NCBI GenBank assembly: GCA_963725865.1
Contig: CAVSAC010000010.1
Span: 704,001 to 768,000, forward strand
Source of the DNA: Candidatus Eiseniibacteriota bacterium
GTDB taxonomy: Bacteria > Eisenbacteria > RBG-16-71-46
Direction of reading: 5' to 3'
Length of the DNA stretch: 64,000 nucleotides
The position numbers and the translations under genes were made by a program. This document shows, in pieces, positions 61,211 through 64,000 of the stretch. The first letter of the stretch is position 1; each line of letters starts with the position of its first letter. Under the pieces are notes generated by a model that did no database searches, was not told the origin of the DNA, and saw nothing but the letters and a program-made list of their open reading frames with translations.

Positions 61211-61801
61211 ATGGAATCGGACGACTCGACGATCCCCGACGAGCAGCTGGCCCGGCGGGCCCGGCAGGACCCGCACGGACCGGCCGGTCGGCGGGCCGCC
61301 TCGCAGCTGCTGGAGCGCTACGGGGGACGGGTGTACGGATGGTGCCGGCGCTACGTCCGCGACCACGAGCGGGCGCTGGATCTCTCGCAGGACGTGCTGA
61401 TGCTCGCGTACCGGGGGCTGGCGGGATTCGAGGGTCGCGCGCCGTTCTCGGCGTGGCTGTTCGTCATCGCGCGACGCCAGTGCATTCGCGCGCTGGCTCC
61501 GCGGGTGCTGATGCGCGACGAGGGCGCCGTGGTGGACCGCCTGCTGGATCCCGGCGCGGGCCCCGACGATCAGCTCGAGGAGTCGCAGCGGCGCGAGGGC
61601 CTGCTGCGGCTGATCCACGAGACGCTGACCCCGCGCGAGCAGGACGCGCTGTGGCTGCGTTACGTGGAGAACGCGTCGGTCGAGGACATCACGCGCACGC
61701 TCGAGGTGTCCTCGGTCTCGGGCGCGCGCGGACTACTCCAGACCGCGCGGCGCAAGCTGCGCGCCGCGGTGGCGGCCCGCGGCGAACGGGGTGCGACGTG
61801 A
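61211..61801 (+). CDS. ECF sigma factor
   Basis: LLERY..RVYGWC, ALDLSQDV, FEGRAPFSAWLFVIARR; region 4. Confidence 0.9.
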   Translation: MESDDSTIPDEQLARRARQDPHGPAGRRAASQLLERYGGRVYGWCRRYVRDHERALDLSQDVLMLAYRGLAGFEGRAPFSAWLFVIARRQCIRALAPRVLMRDEGAVVDRLLDPGAGPDDQLEESQRREGLLRLIHETLTPREQDALWLRYVENASVEDITRTLEVSSVSGARGLLQTARRKLRAAVAARGERGAT

Positions 61802-62502
61802 GCGAGCGCCACCTGAGCCTGATCGAGATCGCGAGCGCCGCGAGCTGGGCGCCGGACGATCCGCGCCGCCTCCATCTCGAGGCCTGCGCGCGCTGCCGGA
61901 TCGTGCACCGGCGCCACCAGCAGTTCGTGACGCCACCCACCCACGTGCCGGAAGCCGAGCTGCGCGACGCCGAGGCGCGGCTGCGGGCGTTCGTGGCCGG
62001 AGCGGTCGAAGACGCCGGCGCCGGCGCGCCCGCGCGGCCCCTCCCATCGCCGCTGCCGCTGCCGCGACCGGAGCGCCGCGCGTCCGCGTGGCGCGTGCCC
62101 GTCGCATTCGCGGCGGCCGCGGCGGTGCTGGTGGTGGCGGGCGCGTTGCTGTGGCCGGAGCTCGCGATCCGCGACGAGCGCGCGAGCGGCCGGCTGCGCG
62201 GAGGAACGCGCGGGCCGGCGACCGTCGCGCCGGTGCGCCGGGCGCCGCGCACGCTCGCCGACGGCGGCGTCGCGCTGGGCTGGAGCCGCGTCCCCGGCGC
62301 GGACGGCTACACCGTGCGACTCTTCACGCCCGAGCTGCGCGCGCTCGAGTCGCGCGAGGCGGCGCGCGAGACGGTGCTGGTGCTGGCTGCCGGCTCGATC
62401 GCGGGGGCGGGGCCCGGCGACACGCTGCTGTGGCGCGTCGAGGCGCGGCGCGGCGCGCAGCGCATCGCGCAGTCCGACCTCGGCACGCTGCGCGCGCCGT
62501 GA
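61798..62502 (+). CDS. Zinc-binding (HxxxCxxC) membrane anti-sigma factor
   Basis: GTGA overlap; HLEACARC; TM FAAAAAVLVVAGALLW; extracytoplasmic Ig/FnIII-like domain. Confidence 0.85.
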   Translation: MSERHLSLIEIASAASWAPDDPRRLHLEACARCRIVHRRHQQFVTPPTHVPEAELRDAEARLRAFVAGAVEDAGAGAPARPLPSPLPLPRPERRASAWRVPVAFAAAAAVLVVAGALLWPELAIRDERASGRLRGGTRGPATVAPVRRAPRTLADGGVALGWSRVPGADGYTVRLFTPELRALESREAARETVLVLAAGSIAGAGPGDTLLWRVEARRGAQRIAQSDLGTLRAP

Positions 62503-62592
62503 GGACGCGCGGTGCGCGGACGTCCACGCCGCGCGCCGGCTCGCACTTCCGGGATTGAATCGCCGCGCCGCGTTCTCTACGCTGCGGTTGGC

Positions 62593-63822
62593 ATGCTCAA
62601 CTGGATCTGGGCGGCGTTCTTCCTGATCGCCTTCGTCGTCGCGCTGGTGCAGGCACTGGCGTTCGGACGCCCCGACGTGCTTCGCGACGTCGTGGGCGCG
62701 CTGTTCGATTCCTCCAAGACCGGCTTCGAGATCGCGATCGGCCTGACCGGCGTGATGAGCCTGTGGCTCGGGCTCATGAAGATCGGCGAGAAGGCCGGTG
62801 TGATCGAGACCATCGCGCGCCTGGTGCGCCCGGTGTTCCGCCGCCTGTTCCCCGGCATCCCCGACGGCCATCCGGCGGCCGGCGCGATGGTGATGAACCT
62901 CTCCGCCAACGCGCTCGGACTCGACAACGCCGCCACGCCGCTCGGGCTCAAGGCCATGAAGGAGCTCGAGACGCTCAATCGCGAGCCCGGGCGCGCCACC
63001 GACGAGATGATCCTGTTCATGGTGATCAACGCCTCGTCGGTGACGATCCTGCCGATGACCATCTTCACGTTCCGCGCCCAGCTCGGCGCGCACGACCCCA
63101 CCGACGTGTTCGTGCCGATCCTGATCGCGACCTACGGCAGCCAGATGACCGGACTGCTCACGACCGCCGCGGTGCAGCGGATCCGGCTGTGGGACCCGGT
63201 CGTGATCGGATGGCTCGCGCTGCTCACGGCGACCGTCGGCGGCATGGTCGCGTACTTCATGCGGCTCTCGCACGACCAGGTGGCGGTGCAGTCGGGGCTG
63301 CTCGCGAACGGCCTGCTGCTCGCGGTGATCACGTTGTTCCTGGCCGCCGGCGCGCGCCGCAGGCTGCCGCTCTACGAGACCTTCATCGAGGGCGCCAAGG
63401 AGGGCTTCCAGGTCGCGGTCAGCATCATCCCGTTCCTGATCGCCATCCTGGTGGCGGTCGGCGCGCTGCGCGCGAGCGGCGCGCTCGACGCCGCGCTGGG
63501 CGCGATCCGCGCCGGCGTGGGCTCGCTGGGGCTGGACGCGCGGTGGGTGGACGCGATGCCGGTGGCGCTCATCAAGCCGCTGTCCGGCGGCGGCGCGCGC
63601 GGCCTGATGGTGGAGACCATGAAGACGCTCGGGCCCGACTCCTTCCCGGGGCGCCTCGCGTGCATCATCCAGGGCAGCACCGAGACCACGTTCTACGTGC
63701 TCGCGGTCTACTTCGGCTCGGTCGGCATCAAGCGCATCCGCCACGCGCTGCCCTGCGCGCTCGCCGCCGAGGCGGCCGGGGTGATCGGCGCGATCTTCGT
63801 CGCCTACCTGTTCTTCGGCTGA
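62593..63822 (+). CDS. SpmA/SpmB fusion (nucleoside recognition Gate domain) membrane protein
   Basis: ANALGLDNAATPLGLKAM, FIEGAKEGF, KPLSGGGARG and STETTFYVLAVYFG. Confidence 0.9.
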   Translation: MLNWIWAAFFLIAFVVALVQALAFGRPDVLRDVVGALFDSSKTGFEIAIGLTGVMSLWLGLMKIGEKAGVIETIARLVRPVFRRLFPGIPDGHPAAGAMVMNLSANALGLDNAATPLGLKAMKELETLNREPGRATDEMILFMVINASSVTILPMTIFTFRAQLGAHDPTDVFVPILIATYGSQMTGLLTTAAVQRIRLWDPVVIGWLALLTATVGGMVAYFMRLSHDQVAVQSGLLANGLLLAVITLFLAAGARRRLPLYETFIEGAKEGFQVAVSIIPFLIAILVAVGALRASGALDAALGAIRAGVGSLGLDARWVDAMPVALIKPLSGGGARGLMVETMKTLGPDSFPGRLACIIQGSTETTFYVLAVYFGSVGIKRIRHALPCALAAEAAGVIGAIFVAYLFFG

Positions 63823-63911
63823 GCGTCCGCGGCGCAACCGCTCGCCGGCCCGCGCATCCAATGGGCGCGGCCGCGAAACCCCACCCGGACGGACCCCCAG
63901 GAGATTCGGTG

Positions 63912-64000
63912 ATGGCAGGACGGAAGGTCGGTGTGCTCGGCTCGGGAGCGGTCGGCGAGACGCTCGCGAACGGCTTCCTGAAGTACGGCGACGAGGTGAT
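63912..64000 (+). CDS. NAD(P)-binding oxidoreductase (F420-dependent NADP reductase-like), N-terminus only
   Basis: AGGAG RBS; MAGRKVGVLGSGAVGETLANGF. Confidence 0.7.
   Translation, partial: MAGRKVGVLGSGAVGETLANGFLKYGDEV

Noticed and set aside
1603..63861. Numerous long Arg/Ala/Pro-rich alternative-frame and antisense ORFs
   Set aside because: Expected shadow ORFs in very high-GC DNA. They have no motifs and overlap well-supported genes.

Overview
Very GC-rich bacterial DNA. It encodes many exported proteins ending in a FlgD-Ig/T9SS-like C-terminal sorting domain, a style consistent with an FCB-related lineage such as Candidatus Eisenbacteria (inference). Ordinary genes include gnd, two MFS transporters, a MATE pump, a hybrid histidine kinase, PPK2, an M28 peptidase, a type III PKS with its methyltransferase, and an SpmA/B-like protein. 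Main points of interest: (1) a hidden secreted selenoprotein at 33283-34137 with an in-frame TGA in a UxxC motif and a SECIS-like hairpin, in an operon with a TlpA thioredoxin and a DUF6029-like outer-membrane barrel bearing a C-terminal Cys pair; this is a candidate trans-envelope redox relay. (2) Two exported TPR-CHAT protease + ECF sigma modules; one shows a shared promoter motif linking the sigma factor to a divergent barrel/lipoprotein operon. (3) An integrase-less ~3.9 kb island in tRNA-Cys that duplicates the 5' half of the tRNA and carries an AEP(TOTE-like)-helicase and a toxin-antitoxin pair. (4) A stand-alone ~270 nt structured transcript with a perfect 14-nt Shine-Dalgarno and a 14-aa sORF. 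(5) 10-bp-phased direct repeats upstream of a BldC/Xis-like regulator operon. Several frameshifts and one amber stop may be assembly errors. Family names come from motif recognition, not database searches.
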